64,000 bases of DNA from an uncultured Actinomycetes bacterium. GTDB lineage: Bacteria; Actinomycetota; Coriobacteriia; Coriobacteriales; Atopobiaceae. Position 1 is the first letter of the stretch, and each line of letters opens with the position of its first letter. Location of the stretch: contig OMWB01000010.1 in assembly GCA_900314645.1 (NCBI GenBank), forward strand, positions 4,893-68,892, written 5' to 3'. Under the pieces are notes generated by a model. That model did no database searches and was not told the DNA's origin. It saw only the letters and a list, made by a program, of their open reading frames with translations. Shown in pieces: positions 33,622 through 43,581 of this stretch. The position numbers and the translations under genes are program-made.

Positions 33622-34260
33622 ATGGAAACTCCCAGCTCACGCTATGCCAGTCGCTGCGCGGTCTGCGGCAAGCCCGCGCGCGTCTTTCTGGGGAGCACCT
33701 CGTACTGCCAGGACTGCTACAACCGCCTGGCCGACTACCTCGCCGGCGTGCAGAGCCCAAGCAACGACAGCTATCAGATCCTCGCGCTTGACCCCGCGGG
33801 GCACACGGTGGAGTTCTCGCTGGAGCGCTACTCGTTTGGCGCGCGCTCGGTGTGGACCGCCGTTGAGCAGGTGCCCGCCGATGACCCGCGCAGGGAGTGG
33901 GGCTACGTTGGCAGGTCGGTGAGCATTGCAGTGGACGCGAGCAAGGTGTCGCAGGACGAGGCGTACGACGCGTTGATGGTGAAGGTCCAGCACATGGTGG
34001 GCCACGCGAGCATGCGGACGGCGCCGCTGAGCCTAGGCGAGGCCGAGGCGACGACCGCCCAGCGGCCGGGCCGCGCCTTGCATGCCAACGAGACGGGCGT
34101 CGCGCGCGTTGAGGTTGACGAGGATGGCGGCAAGTCCGTGGTGGTGGACGGACAGCGCTTCACGCCGGAGCAGTTCGTTGACCTGCTGAGCTGTTGGGAT
34201 GGCTTTGATGTGTACTGGCAGGTGCGTGGCGTCGCCGACGAGCCGCCCGCGTGGCTGTGA
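33622..34260 (+). CDS. Hypothetical protein with N-terminal CxxC...CxxC zinc-ribbon
   Basis: METPSSRYASRCAVCGKPARVFLGSTSYCQDCYNRL. The listed ORF start at 33454 lies inside repeat family B, so the ATG at 33622 is preferred. Confidence 0.55.
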   Translation: METPSSRYASRCAVCGKPARVFLGSTSYCQDCYNRLADYLAGVQSPSNDSYQILALDPAGHTVEFSLERYSFGARSVWTAVEQVPADDPRREWGYVGRSVSIAVDASKVSQDEAYDALMVKVQHMVGHASMRTAPLSLGEAEATTAQRPGRALHANETGVARVEVDEDGGKSVVVDGQRFTPEQFVDLLSCWDGFDVYWQVRGVADEPPAWL

Positions 34261-34422
34261 ACCTGACGCAACAGTCACCCCCAACAAGTGATTCCTTGTT
34301 AAACCCACTCGCTGCGGCCCCAGCGGCTAATACCTCATAGTATGATTACTGGTTAGGACCTTAGCGTGGGCTCTGCCCACGGGTTTGACGTTCTGGTTTG
34401 CATCGCGTGTTGGGGAGAAGCA

Positions 34423-37400
34423 ATGAGAGAACACAAGGCGCTTCGTGCCGCACTAAGCACCATCCTGTCCGTCTCGATGGTGATGGGAAGTGTGCCCACG
34501 GCCGCAATCGCGGAGGTGTTGGACGAGGACACTCCGTCGGTTGTCGAGGTTGTTGAGGAAGGTGCTCCTGAGGAGGAGGCTGTTTCGGTAGAGGAGGAGG
34601 TTGCTCCCGAGGAAGCCACTCCGGTAGAGGAGGAGGTCGCTCCCGAGGAGGAGGCCGCCCCTGCCGAAGAGGCTACTGCAATTGAGGAGCCTGCTACCGT
34701 AGAGGAGGTCGCTCCTGAAGAGGAAGCCGCTCCTGCGGACGAGCCTGCCGCTCTCGAGCTGACGGCCGCGTCTGACGAAGAGACCATCGTCGCGACCTAC
34801 GAGTTCCCCACGACCACCACGATTGTCGACGAGGGCGAAGAGGGCGACCTCCTCGGCCGCTACGTCGAGCAGCTCTTTGAGGAGGCGCTGCCCGGCAACG
34901 ACGAGCCCACCATGACCGCGCAGATGGTCGCGCTCACGGGCATAGAGGCCACAGCCTTCGATGCGCTGGGGCCCATGATTGCCGAAATCGCTCACGGATC
35001 TCACCCGTCAACGGTGGTCGAGATTCCCCTCAGTCGAATCACAAACAAGACAAGGTTTACGGCTGCGGAGCTGGGCGTCGATTGGGTTTATAGGGACGGC
35101 CAATACAACCAGGAGGCCGTTGACGCCGCCGTTGCCATGGTACGTCCTAACACGACACTTCTGCTCAAGTATCTACTGTATTCCTATCCCTACGAGATGT
35201 ACTGGTTTGACAAGACCGCAGGCGTGCAATGTGGGGGCCCGAGGTATGGCGCTGTTTACTCGGGTGGCGAATATGCGCTGAATCTGTCGGGCAGCATTAC
35301 GTACGTCTTCGCGGTCGCGTCCGCTTACTCCGCGGGTGAAAACCTCGTGGACACTTCTCAGGCATCCAGGGCACAGGCGGCCGTCGAAAGGGCCCAGGGA
35401 ATTGCCGCGCAGGGCGCCTCGGACTCCCCGTACTACCGCCTGAAGCTGTTCAACGACACCATCTGCTCGATGGTGAGCTACAACGACGATGCTGCTGGTG
35501 ACGGGGTTGATTACGGTGACCCGTGGCAGCTCGTGTACGTGTTCGACAACGATGACACCACCAACGTGGTCTGCGAGGGATACTCCAAGGCCTTCAAGTA
35601 CCTGTGCGATCTGGCGAACATCACGGGCGTGACCTGCAGCACGATGTCGGGCACGATGGACGGTGGAACCGGTGCTGGCGCGCACATGTGGGACGTCGTC
35701 AACATGGACGACGGCAAGAACTACCTCGTGGACGTCACCAACTGCGACCAGGGTACCGTTGGCTATCCGTACCAGCTGTTTATTGTTCCGTTCAGCTCCG
35801 GTTCGGTGAGCGACGGTTACGTGTTCCAAACTGCGAGCAAGCCCATCACGTACGTGTATGACGCAGACATGTCGCAGCTCTACACCAACAGTGAGATGAC
35901 GATTTCCGACACTGAGTACGACCCGAGCCAGTACGATCCGGATGCGGCTGCGGCACAGGTCGTGATTGACCAGATTGCTGCGCTGCCTGCGGTGGCAAAC
36001 CTGACGCTGGATAACGCGAATGCGGTTTCCGCCGCGCGCGCCGCGTACGACGCGCTGACCGAGGCGCAGAAGGCGCTCGTTGCCAACTACGAGACGTTGA
36101 CTGCCGCCGAGGCCAAGATTGCCGAGCTCCAGCAGGCTGCTGAAGACGCCGCCGCGGCTCAAGGGGTCATCGAGATGATCTCGCACCTGCCTGCCGTGAA
36201 CCGACTGACACTGGGTGACCAGGGGCGTGTCGCGGCGGCACGATCCGCATATGAGAATCTAACTGAGGCCCAGCAGGCACTTGTCACCAACTACGAGACC
36301 TTGACCGCTGCCGAGGCGAAGATCGCACAGCTTCAGGCTGCCGCCGACCAGAACGCAGCGCAGCCGATCATCAACGCAATCGCAGCACTGCCCGAGGTTG
36401 ACCAGCTGACCCTCGCCAACGCCGACGCCGTCACCGCGGCCCGCACCGCCTACGACGAGCTGACCGAGGCGCAACAGGCGCTCGTCACCAACTACGAGAC
36501 CTTGTTCGCTGCCGAGGCGAAGATTGCCCAGCTCCAGCAGCAGGCTGCCGCAGACCAGACAGCCGCGCAGCAGGTCATCGATGCGATTGCCGCGCTGACC
36601 GCCGTCAATGAGCTCACCCTTGACGATGCGGCTGACGTCTCCGCGGCCCGCACCGCCTACAACGCGCTGACCGAGTCGCAACAGGCGCTCGTCACCAACT
36701 ACGAGACCTTGACCGCTGCCGAGGCGAAGATCGCCGACCTCACCGCCGCGAATGCGGTTGACGAGCAGATTGCCGCGCTGCCCGCTGTTGACGACCTCAC
36801 GCTGGGCAACGCGGAGGCCGTTGCCACTGCGAACTCCGCATACGCTGCGCTGACCGACGCCCAGAAGGCCCTCGTGCAGAACGTTGACATCCTGACCGCT
36901 GCCGCGGACAAGATCGCCGAGCTCCAGGCCGCCGCGGATGAGCAGGCCGCGAACCAGGCCGCCGCGGATTCCGTGATCGCAAAGATCGCCGCGATTCCCG
37001 CGCTGGCTGACCTCACGCTGGCCAACTCCGGCCTCGTCACCACCGCCCGCACCGCGTACGACGCGCTGACCGACGCGCAGAAGGCGCTCGTCACCAACTA
37101 CGAGACGCTGACCGATGCCGAGACGAAGATTGCCGACCTCACCGCAGCACATGCGGTCGACGAGCTGATCGCCGACCTGCCCGACACTAACGACCTCACG
37201 CTTGAGGATGCCGACGACGTGGCCGCTGTCCGTGCTTCCTTCAACTCCTTGACCGATGCTCAGAAGATGCTGGTCGAGAACCTTGACGCTCTCGTGGATG
37301 CTGAGGAGCGCATCGAAGAGCTCCAGGCAGCCGCAGCGCAGCACGAGATCGACCTTGCTGCAGCCAAGGCGGTTGACGACGAAATTGCCGACCTGCCCGC

Positions 37401-40400
37401 TGTTGAGGACCTCACGCTTAACGACGCCGACGCCGTGGCTGCTGCCCGCACAGCCTACAATGCCCTGACCGACACGCAGAAGGACCTTGTCGAGAACCTC
37501 GCGACGCTGGCTGCCGCCGAGGCGCGCATCGCCGACCTCACCGCCGCCCAGGCTGTCGAGGTCAAGATTGCTGCGCTTCCGCAGGTCGATGAACTTACGC
37601 TTGACGACCAGACGCAGGTCATGACCGCGCGCGCAGCGTACGACGACCTGACCGAGGCACAGCAGCAGCTGGTCCAGAACTACGACGTCCTCAAGGCCGC
37701 GGAAGCGAAGATTGCCGAGCTGTGGAAGCAGGAAGCCGACAAGGAGGCCGCGAGCATCGTCGATGGACAGATTGACATGCTGCCCGCCGTCGAGGCGCTT
37801 ACGCTTGGTGATGCAGACGCCGTCGCAGCCGTGCGCGCCGCGTACGACGAGCTGACTGCCGAACAGAAGGCGTACGTGACGAAGCTCGACGAGCTCGTTG
37901 CTGCTGAGACGAGGATTGCAGACCTTACCGCCGCGAAGGCCGTAGACACGAAGATCGCGGAGCTCCCGCAGGTCGACGCGCTGACGCTCGAAGACGCTGA
38001 CTTGGTCGCGGATGCCCGTAGTGCGTACGAGGGCCTGACCGAAACCCAGAAGGGGCTCGTCGCCAACTACGACACGCTGATCGCTGCCGAGGCAAAGATC
38101 GCCCAGCTCCAGCAGGCCGCCGCAGACGCCGCGGCCGCGAAGGCCGTGGACGATGCCATCGCCGCGCTGCCCGTCGTTGACGCGCTGACGCTCAGCGACC
38201 AGGCCCAGGTCGCAGCCGCACGCGCCGCGTACGACGCGCTCACCGATACGCAGAAGGGTCTGGTTGAGAACCTCGACACGCTGACCGCCGCTGAGGCCCG
38301 CATCCAGGAGCTGCAGGAAGCCGCCGAGCAGCAGGCCATCGACGAGGCTGCCGCGAGGGGAGTGGACGCAAAGATCGAGGCGCTACCCGCCGTTGACGAG
38401 CTGACGCTCGACAATGCGGCCGCTGTCGCTGAGGCCCGCAGCGCTTACAATGCCCTGACCGAGACGCAGAAGGGCCTGGTGGAGAAGCTCTCCACGCTCG
38501 AAGCAGCCGAGGCGAAGATTGCCGCACTCCAGCAGGCTGCGGATGACCTTGCCGCCGCGCAGGCCGTGGACGCCAAGATCAACGCGCTGCCCGCCGTTGA
38601 CGAGCTGACACTGGACAACGCCGCCGCCGTCGCCGAGGCCCGCAGCGCTTACAATGCTCTGACCGACGCGCAGAAGCCTCTCGTCACCAACTACGAGACC
38701 CTGACCGCCGCCGAGGCCAAGATCGCAGACCTGACCGCCGCACAAGCCGTGGACGCCAAGATTGCGGGGCTCCCGCAGGTTGATGTCCTGACGCTCGATG
38801 ACGCCAACGACGTCGCGGACGCCCGCAGCGCGTACGACGCCCTGAGCGACGCTCAGAAGGACCTCGTCATCAACTACGATGCGCTCAAGGCCGCCGAGGT
38901 TCGCATCGCCGACCTCACCGCCGCGAAGGCCGTGGAAGACGCCATCGCAGCGCTGCCCGCCGTCGACGATCTCACACTTGAGAACGCCGACGCCGTCTCT
39001 GCCGCTCGCGCCGCCTATGAAGCATTGACCGACGCGCAGAAGCCGCTGGTCACGAAGCTCAGCGTCCTTGAGGCTGCCGAGGCGAAGATCGCAGACCTCA
39101 CCTCCGCGAAGGCCGTTGACGACGCCATCGCAGCGCTGCCGGCCGTTGATGAGCTCACGCTTGACAACGGCGACGCCGTGACGGCTGCACGCACCGCGTA
39201 CAACGCCCTGACCGACACGCAGAAGCCGCTGGTCACGAAGCTCAGCGTCCTCGAGGCCGCCGAAGCCAAGATCGCCGACCTCACCGCTGCGAATGCGGTT
39301 GACGAGCAAATCGCCGACCTGCCCGCCGTTGATGAGCTGACGCTCGACGACGTCGACGACGTTGCCGCAGTCCGCGCCGCCTACAACGCCCTGACCGACG
39401 CGCAAAAGTCGCTGGTCCAGAAGCTCGATGTGCTCACTGCTGCCGAGGCCAAGATTGCCGAGCTCCAGCAGCAGGCTGAAGACCGAGCTGCTGCCCAGCC
39501 GGTCATTGACGCAATCGCGGCTCTGCCCGCTATTGACGAGCTCACGCTCAACGACGCCAACGACGTCGCGGCGGCTCGAACTACGTACAACACGCTCACC
39601 GACGCCCAGAAGGCGTACGTCACCAACTACGAGACTCTGACCGCCGCCGAGGCGAAGATCACTGACCTCATCGCCGCGAATGCTGTTGACGAGCAGATCG
39701 CCGACCTGCCCGCTGTCGATCAGCTGACGCTCGGCGATGCTGAAGACGTCGCGGATGCCCGCGCCGCATACGACGCTCTGAGTGACGCGCAGCAGGCGCT
39801 CGTGACTAACTATCCCGTGCTCAAGGCTGCTGAGCAGAAGATCGCCGACCTCCAGCAGGCCGCTGCCGACCAGGCTGCGGCCCAGACTGTCATCGACGCG
39901 ATTGCAGCCTTGCAGCCGACCGACGAGCTCACGCTCGACGACGCCGACGAAGTCGCGGCCGCCCGCAGCGCGTACGACGCCCTGACCGACGCCCAGAAGG
40001 CCCTCGTCACCAACTACGAGACGCTGGCCGCCGCCGAGGCCAAGATTGCCTCGATCCGCATCCCGCTCACGGACGCTGTCGTCAAGGTGACCAGAAAGGT
40101 CTACAACGGCAAGGCCCAGACGCCGCAGGTGACGGTGACCTTGAATGGCGCCCAGCTCACCGAGGGTACCGACTTCACGGTTGCCGACGGCACCTACATC
40201 AACGTTGGCACCTACGAGGTGACCGTCACCGGTACGGGCAAGTACGAGGGCACCGCCACCGGCACGTTCACCATCACGCCGAAGGCCGTCACGGTCACGG
40301 CGAACGACCTCAGCAAGACCTACGGCGAGACCGATCCCGAGCTTACCGCCGCCGTCAAGGGCACGCTCAATTCCGACAAGGTCAACTACACGCTTGCTCG

Positions 40401-41403
40401 CGCCGAGGGCGAGAACGTCGGCGAGTACGCCATAACTCTCACAGGCGCGAAAAAGCAGGGCAACTACACCGTGACGTTTGTGTCCGGTACGTTCACCATC
40501 GCGGCCAAGGACATCGCCACCACGACCGTGGCGTCCATCGGCGCCAAGACCTACACCGGCAGTGCGCTCAAGCCCACGCCGACCGTGAAGGACAACGGCA
40601 CGAAGCTCGTGAAGGGAACCGACTATACGGTCTCCTACAAGAACAACACCAAGGCCGGCACGGCCACGGTCACCATCACCGGCAAGGGCAACTACACCGG
40701 TACCAAGACCGCCACGTTCAAGATCAATCCCAAGTCCATCGCTGCGAGCAGCGTGACCGTCTCGTCCATCGCCAAGCAGAAGTGGACCGGCAAGGCCATC
40801 AAGCCCACGCCGGTGGTGAAGGACGGCACCAAGACGCTGAAGAGCGGCACCGACTACAAGCTTACGTACAAGAACAACAAAGAGCCCGGCACCGCCACCA
40901 TCACCATCACGGGTACGGGCAACTACACCGGGGCGAGGACCACGACGTTCAGGATCGGTGCCAAGACTGGCACGTGGAAGAAGAGCGGATCCAAGTGGTG
41001 GTACCAGTACGCAGACAATACGTATCCCAAGAGCCAGTTTGCCGACATCGACGGCGCGCGCTACTACTTCGACGGGAGCGGCTGGATGGTGACCGGCTGG
41101 AAGAAGGTCGGCAACTACTGGTACTACTTCCGCTCCGACGGCAAGATGGGCGCCAACGACTGGGCCAAGTCTGGCTCTAAGTGGTGCTTCCTCGACTCGG
41201 TCGGCAGGATGGTGACTGGTTGGCGGACCATCAGCAACGTGCGTTACTACTTCGACGCCAACGGCTACATGGTCACCGGTTGGAAGACCATCGGCGGCAA
41301 GGACTACTACTTCAAGTCGTCCGGCGCCATGGCCAAGTCCGAGTGGATTGGCAACTACTACGTAGGAGCCGACGGCGCGTGGGTGAAGGGCAAGACTAAG
41401 TAG
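34423..41403 (+). CDS. Giant (2,326 aa) cell-wall-anchored adhesin: signal peptide, acidic repeats, transglutaminase-like Cys/His/Asp core, 21 helical repeats, Ig-like/MBG-like repeats, cell-wall-binding repeats
   Basis: MREHKALRAALSTILSVSMVMGSVPTAAIA. Core VVCEGYSKAFKYLCD...GAHMWDVVNMDDGKNYLVDVTNCD. Repeats of the form I.ALPAVDELTLD.A.AV..AR.AY.ALTDAQK.LV.NYETLTAAEAKIA. Also TYGETDPELTA..KG and GWKKVGNYWYYF. Confidence 0.85.
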   Translation: MREHKALRAALSTILSVSMVMGSVPTAAIAEVLDEDTPSVVEVVEEGAPEEEAVSVEEEVAPEEATPVEEEVAPEEEAAPAEEATAIEEPATVEEVAPEEEAAPADEPAALELTAASDEETIVATYEFPTTTTIVDEGEEGDLLGRYVEQLFEEALPGNDEPTMTAQMVALTGIEATAFDALGPMIAEIAHGSHPSTVVEIPLSRITNKTRFTAAELGVDWVYRDGQYNQEAVDAAVAMVRPNTTLLLKYLLYSYPYEMYWFDKTAGVQCGGPRYGAVYSGGEYALNLSGSITYVFAVASAYSAGENLVDTSQASRAQAAVERAQGIAAQGASDSPYYRLKLFNDTICSMVSYNDDAAGDGVDYGDPWQLVYVFDNDDTTNVVCEGYSKAFKYLCDLANITGVTCSTMSGTMDGGTGAGAHMWDVVNMDDGKNYLVDVTNCDQGTVGYPYQLFIVPFSSGSVSDGYVFQTASKPITYVYDADMSQLYTNSEMTISDTEYDPSQYDPDAAAAQVVIDQIAALPAVANLTLDNANAVSAARAAYDALTEAQKALVANYETLTAAEAKIAELQQAAEDAAAAQGVIEMISHLPAVNRLTLGDQGRVAAARSAYENLTEAQQALVTNYETLTAAEAKIAQLQAAADQNAAQPIINAIAALPEVDQLTLANADAVTAARTAYDELTEAQQALVTNYETLFAAEAKIAQLQQQAAADQTAAQQVIDAIAALTAVNELTLDDAADVSAARTAYNALTESQQALVTNYETLTAAEAKIADLTAANAVDEQIAALPAVDDLTLGNAEAVATANSAYAALTDAQKALVQNVDILTAAADKIAELQAAADEQAANQAAADSVIAKIAAIPALADLTLANSGLVTTARTAYDALTDAQKALVTNYETLTDAETKIADLTAAHAVDELIADLPDTNDLTLEDADDVAAVRASFNSLTDAQKMLVENLDALVDAEERIEELQAAAAQHEIDLAAAKAVDDEIADLPAVEDLTLNDADAVAAARTAYNALTDTQKDLVENLATLAAAEARIADLTAAQAVEVKIAALPQVDELTLDDQTQVMTARAAYDDLTEAQQQLVQNYDVLKAAEAKIAELWKQEADKEAASIVDGQIDMLPAVEALTLGDADAVAAVRAAYDELTAEQKAYVTKLDELVAAETRIADLTAAKAVDTKIAELPQVDALTLEDADLVADARSAYEGLTETQKGLVANYDTLIAAEAKIAQLQQAAADAAAAKAVDDAIAALPVVDALTLSDQAQVAAARAAYDALTDTQKGLVENLDTLTAAEARIQELQEAAEQQAIDEAAARGVDAKIEALPAVDELTLDNAAAVAEARSAYNALTETQKGLVEKLSTLEAAEAKIAALQQAADDLAAAQAVDAKINALPAVDELTLDNAAAVAEARSAYNALTDAQKPLVTNYETLTAAEAKIADLTAAQAVDAKIAGLPQVDVLTLDDANDVADARSAYDALSDAQKDLVINYDALKAAEVRIADLTAAKAVEDAIAALPAVDDLTLENADAVSAARAAYEALTDAQKPLVTKLSVLEAAEAKIADLTSAKAVDDAIAALPAVDELTLDNGDAVTAARTAYNALTDTQKPLVTKLSVLEAAEAKIADLTAANAVDEQIADLPAVDELTLDDVDDVAAVRAAYNALTDAQKSLVQKLDVLTAAEAKIAELQQQAEDRAAAQPVIDAIAALPAIDELTLNDANDVAAARTTYNTLTDAQKAYVTNYETLTAAEAKITDLIAANAVDEQIADLPAVDQLTLGDAEDVADARAAYDALSDAQQALVTNYPVLKAAEQKIADLQQAAADQAAAQTVIDAIAALQPTDELTLDDADEVAAARSAYDALTDAQKALVTNYETLAAAEAKIASIRIPLTDAVVKVTRKVYNGKAQTPQVTVTLNGAQLTEGTDFTVADGTYINVGTYEVTVTGTGKYEGTATGTFTITPKAVTVTANDLSKTYGETDPELTAAVKGTLNSDKVNYTLARAEGENVGEYAITLTGAKKQGNYTVTFVSGTFTIAAKDIATTTVASIGAKTYTGSALKPTPTVKDNGTKLVKGTDYTVSYKNNTKAGTATVTITGKGNYTGTKTATFKINPKSIAASSVTVSSIAKQKWTGKAIKPTPVVKDGTKTLKSGTDYKLTYKNNKEPGTATITITGTGNYTGARTTTFRIGAKTGTWKKSGSKWWYQYADNTYPKSQFADIDGARYYFDGSGWMVTGWKKVGNYWYYFRSDGKMGANDWAKSGSKWCFLDSVGRMVTGWRTISNVRYYFDANGYMVTGWKTIGGKDYYFKSSGAMAKSEWIGNYYVGADGAWVKGKTK
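35935..40055 (+). repeat. Intragenic tandem array: 21 copies of a 55-70 codon helical repeat
   Basis: Counted from the LP(A/Q/E)V(D/N)xL anchors in the translation. Several neighbouring copies are near-identical at the nucleotide level (for example 38380-38480 versus 38590-38690). Confidence 0.85.
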
Positions 41404-41411
41404 CCCCTACA

Positions 41412-41508
41412 AGCGCATGTTGACACGGGGAGGCCCCCGCACGTCAACATTGGCATCAAGAACCTGCCAATGTTGACGTGCGGGGGCCTCCCCGTGTCAA
41501 CATGCGCT
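41412..41508. repeat. Perfect 44-bp-arm palindrome built from two family M units (terminator-like)
   Basis: agcgcatgttgacacggggaggcccccgcacgtcaacattggca (41412-41455), a 9-nt loop, then the exact reverse complement (41465-41508). Confidence 0.85.
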
Positions 41509-41522
41509 GTGCTTGCGGGGGA

Positions 41523-41638
41523 CTGCAGGTGAATACATACGGTTAGCCAGGGGTTGCAGGTGGATCCGTACGGTTAAGGGGCCTTATCCGTACAGATCCA
41601 CCTGCAACTCCTCCTTATCCGTACCAAATCACCTGCAG
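41523..41638. repeat. Mirror array, family C: 2 direct plus 2 inverted 25-bp units, period 31 bp
   Basis: ctgcaggtgaatacatacggttagc and ttgcaggtggatccgtacggttaag, then the inverted copies ttatccgtacagatccacctgcaa and ttatccgtaccaaatcacctgcag. Same layout as 14263-14378. Confidence 0.75.
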
Positions 41639-41690
41639 CTCAGCGATAGCCGGACTAGGCAGCCCCTACCACACGTCCCGTTCAGCTCGT

Positions 41691-41845
41691 TCCGCACCCA
41701 ATGCGACCAAACCGGCCCCCACAACGTCGCAGTAGGTGCACTCCGCACCCAATGAGTCACAACACGGGGCCAAAACGTCGCATTAAGCGCGCCACGCACC
41801 TGATGCGACCAAACCGGGCTCCAAAAGGTCGCATCAAGCTCCGTC
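41691..41845. repeat. Three tandem units of about 52 bp (family E), each with an internal tgcgac...gtcgca hairpin
   Basis: ccgcacccaatgcgaccaaaccgg..aacgtcgca, then ccgcacccaatgagtcacaacacgg..aaacgtcgca, then cgcacctgatgcgaccaaaccgg..aaggtcgca. Confidence 0.65.
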
Positions 41846-41971
41846 CCGTGTCCGTCCCACACCCGCCGCACCTGCCACATTCTCAAATCCTTCGCAGCTC
41901 ATGTGAAATACCGCACATCAACATGGGTACGTACCGAAACGTTTGCTATCATTCATAAGCTGTGTGACTAA

Positions 41972-42056
41972 GCGGGCGTGGTGGAATTGGCAGACACGCT
42001 GGATTTAGGTTCCAGTGGGGCAACCCGTGAAGGTTCGAGTCCTTTCGCCCGCACCA
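41972..42056 (+). tRNA. tRNA-Leu (anticodon UAG), class II with long variable arm and encoded CCA
   Basis: Acceptor stem GCGGGCG/CGCCCGC, anticodon stem-loop CTGGA-TTTAGGT-TCCAG, variable arm GGGGCAACCC, T-arm GAAGGTTCGAGTCCTTT. Confidence 0.9.
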
Positions 42057-42120
42057 GTCACAGCTTCAAAACCGCACGGGGCGCGGCTGCGCCAGCCGCG
42101 CACGAGACACTGGAGGAACG

Positions 42121-43503
42121 TTGAAGATCACCGTCACCACCGAGAGGCCCGAGGCCAACAAGGTCATTGCTAAGATCGTCGTTGCCGCTGAGGAAGTCAA
42201 CAAGGCTATCGACAAGACCTACAAGGACATCGCACATCGCTACAACTTCCAGGGCTTCCGCCGTGGCCGCACTCCGCGCCCGGTCATTGACGGCATCATC
42301 GGCAAGCAGGCGGTTATGGCTCAGGCCACCAACGACCTTCTCACCGAGGTCGAGCCTCAGGTTCTCGACGACCTCGACCTCGTTGCCATCGAGCAGCCCA
42401 GCTTTGGCGACGAGCCGGCGCTCGTCGAGCAGGGCAATGACTACGAGGCCGAGCTGACCGTCACCGTCATGCCCGAGTGCGAGCTCGAGAGCTATGACGC
42501 TCCCGCCATCAACATGCCGCCGCAGGAGGCCACCGAGGCCGAGATTGACCACCAGATCGAGCAGCTCCTGTCCTACCAGACCACCTTCGAGGACGACGAC
42601 ACCGATCGCGCCTGCGAGGCTGGCGACGTTGTCTCTTGCGACATCGCTGACAAGGAGGGCGCTGCCCACCTGGCTGGCAAGAACCGCACCCTCAGCCTCA
42701 ACCCGGCTGGCGCGGGCGTGCCAGAGCAGCTCGTCAACGGCATCATCGGCATGAAGGCCGGCGAGACCAAGGACATCACCTGGACCGTCTCCCACACCCA
42801 TGACGACGAGACCATCGAGCACACCTTCTCCGTCGACGTCACCCTCAACTCCATCAAGAAGGCCGTCACCCCCGAGCTTACCGACGAGCTCGCCAAGAAC
42901 AGCTTTGGCTTCGACACCGTCGCCGAGCTGCGTGACGCCGTCAAGGAGGAGATCGAGGAGGACAAGGTCAACAGCCTGCCGCGCCTCAAGGAGGACCGCG
43001 CTGTTGAGGCCCTCGGTGAGCAGCTCGTCCTCGAGGAGCTCCCCGAGCCCTACCTGAACCAGGTCATGAACGACCTCGCCAACGAGTTCCTGCAGCAGCT
43101 GCAGAGCCAGGGCATGACGCTCGACATGTATCTGGGCGCCCGTGGCCTCAAGACCGACGACTTCATGGCTGACCTCCGCCGTCAGGCTACCGACCGCGCC
43201 CGTCAGTCCCTCGCGCTCGACGCGCTCGCCAAGAAGCTCGACTTCGTGGCCACCGAGGCCGACGTCATCGCCGAGATCACCAAGGCCGGTGTTGACAACG
43301 TCAAGGACATGTTCGCGCAGCTCAAGAACGAGGGCCGTCTCCCGGCCATCCGCGAGGCCATCCGTCGTTCCAAGGCCGTTGACTGGCTGGTCGAGAACGC
43401 TGCCGTGACCGAGGTTGACGAGATCGCCGAGCGCCGCGCTGCCGCCGAGTCTGAAGAGGCCGAGGAGGCCGCCGCGCCTGAGGTTACCGAGGACGCAGAG
43501 TAG
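42121..43503 (+). CDS. tig: Trigger factor
   Basis: MKITVTTERPEANKV...YNFQGFRRGRTPRPVIDGIIGKQ, a PPIase middle domain, and an acidic C-terminus. TTG start after ggagga. Confidence 0.9.
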   Translation: MKITVTTERPEANKVIAKIVVAAEEVNKAIDKTYKDIAHRYNFQGFRRGRTPRPVIDGIIGKQAVMAQATNDLLTEVEPQVLDDLDLVAIEQPSFGDEPALVEQGNDYEAELTVTVMPECELESYDAPAINMPPQEATEAEIDHQIEQLLSYQTTFEDDDTDRACEAGDVVSCDIADKEGAAHLAGKNRTLSLNPAGAGVPEQLVNGIIGMKAGETKDITWTVSHTHDDETIEHTFSVDVTLNSIKKAVTPELTDELAKNSFGFDTVAELRDAVKEEIEEDKVNSLPRLKEDRAVEALGEQLVLEELPEPYLNQVMNDLANEFLQQLQSQGMTLDMYLGARGLKTDDFMADLRRQATDRARQSLALDALAKKLDFVATEADVIAEITKAGVDNVKDMFAQLKNEGRLPAIREAIRRSKAVDWLVENAAVTEVDEIAERRAAAESEEAEEAAAPEVTEDAE

Positions 43504-43581
43504 GGTACATACCCCTCATATTGCAGACGCATGCCCCGGGTGCGCCAGCACCTGGGGCATGTTCACAAGAGGAGGAAACAG

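Noticed and set aside
34366-34422. Upstream start (34366) for the giant adhesin
   Set aside because: The ATG at 34423 is preceded by ggggagaag and begins a canonical signal peptide. The 19 upstream codons are not signal-like.
442-41508. Integron-like cassette array, with the family M hairpins acting as attC sites
   Set aside because: There is no intI-like tyrosine recombinase or attI. Genes are in mixed orientation. Several hairpins occur in tandem or as dimers. The gttgac/gtcaac arms do not fit the GTTRRRY/RYYYAAC core sites.
1-41900. Prophage or ICE
   Set aside because: There are no integrase, terminase, capsid, tail, relaxase or type IV secretion genes. The only mobile-element traces are short transposase remnants.
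41972-42056. tRNA-Leu as the attachment site of a classical integrated genomic island
   Set aside because: The variable DNA lies on the 5' side of the tRNA. No direct repeat of the tRNA 3' end and no integrase is visible in the window.
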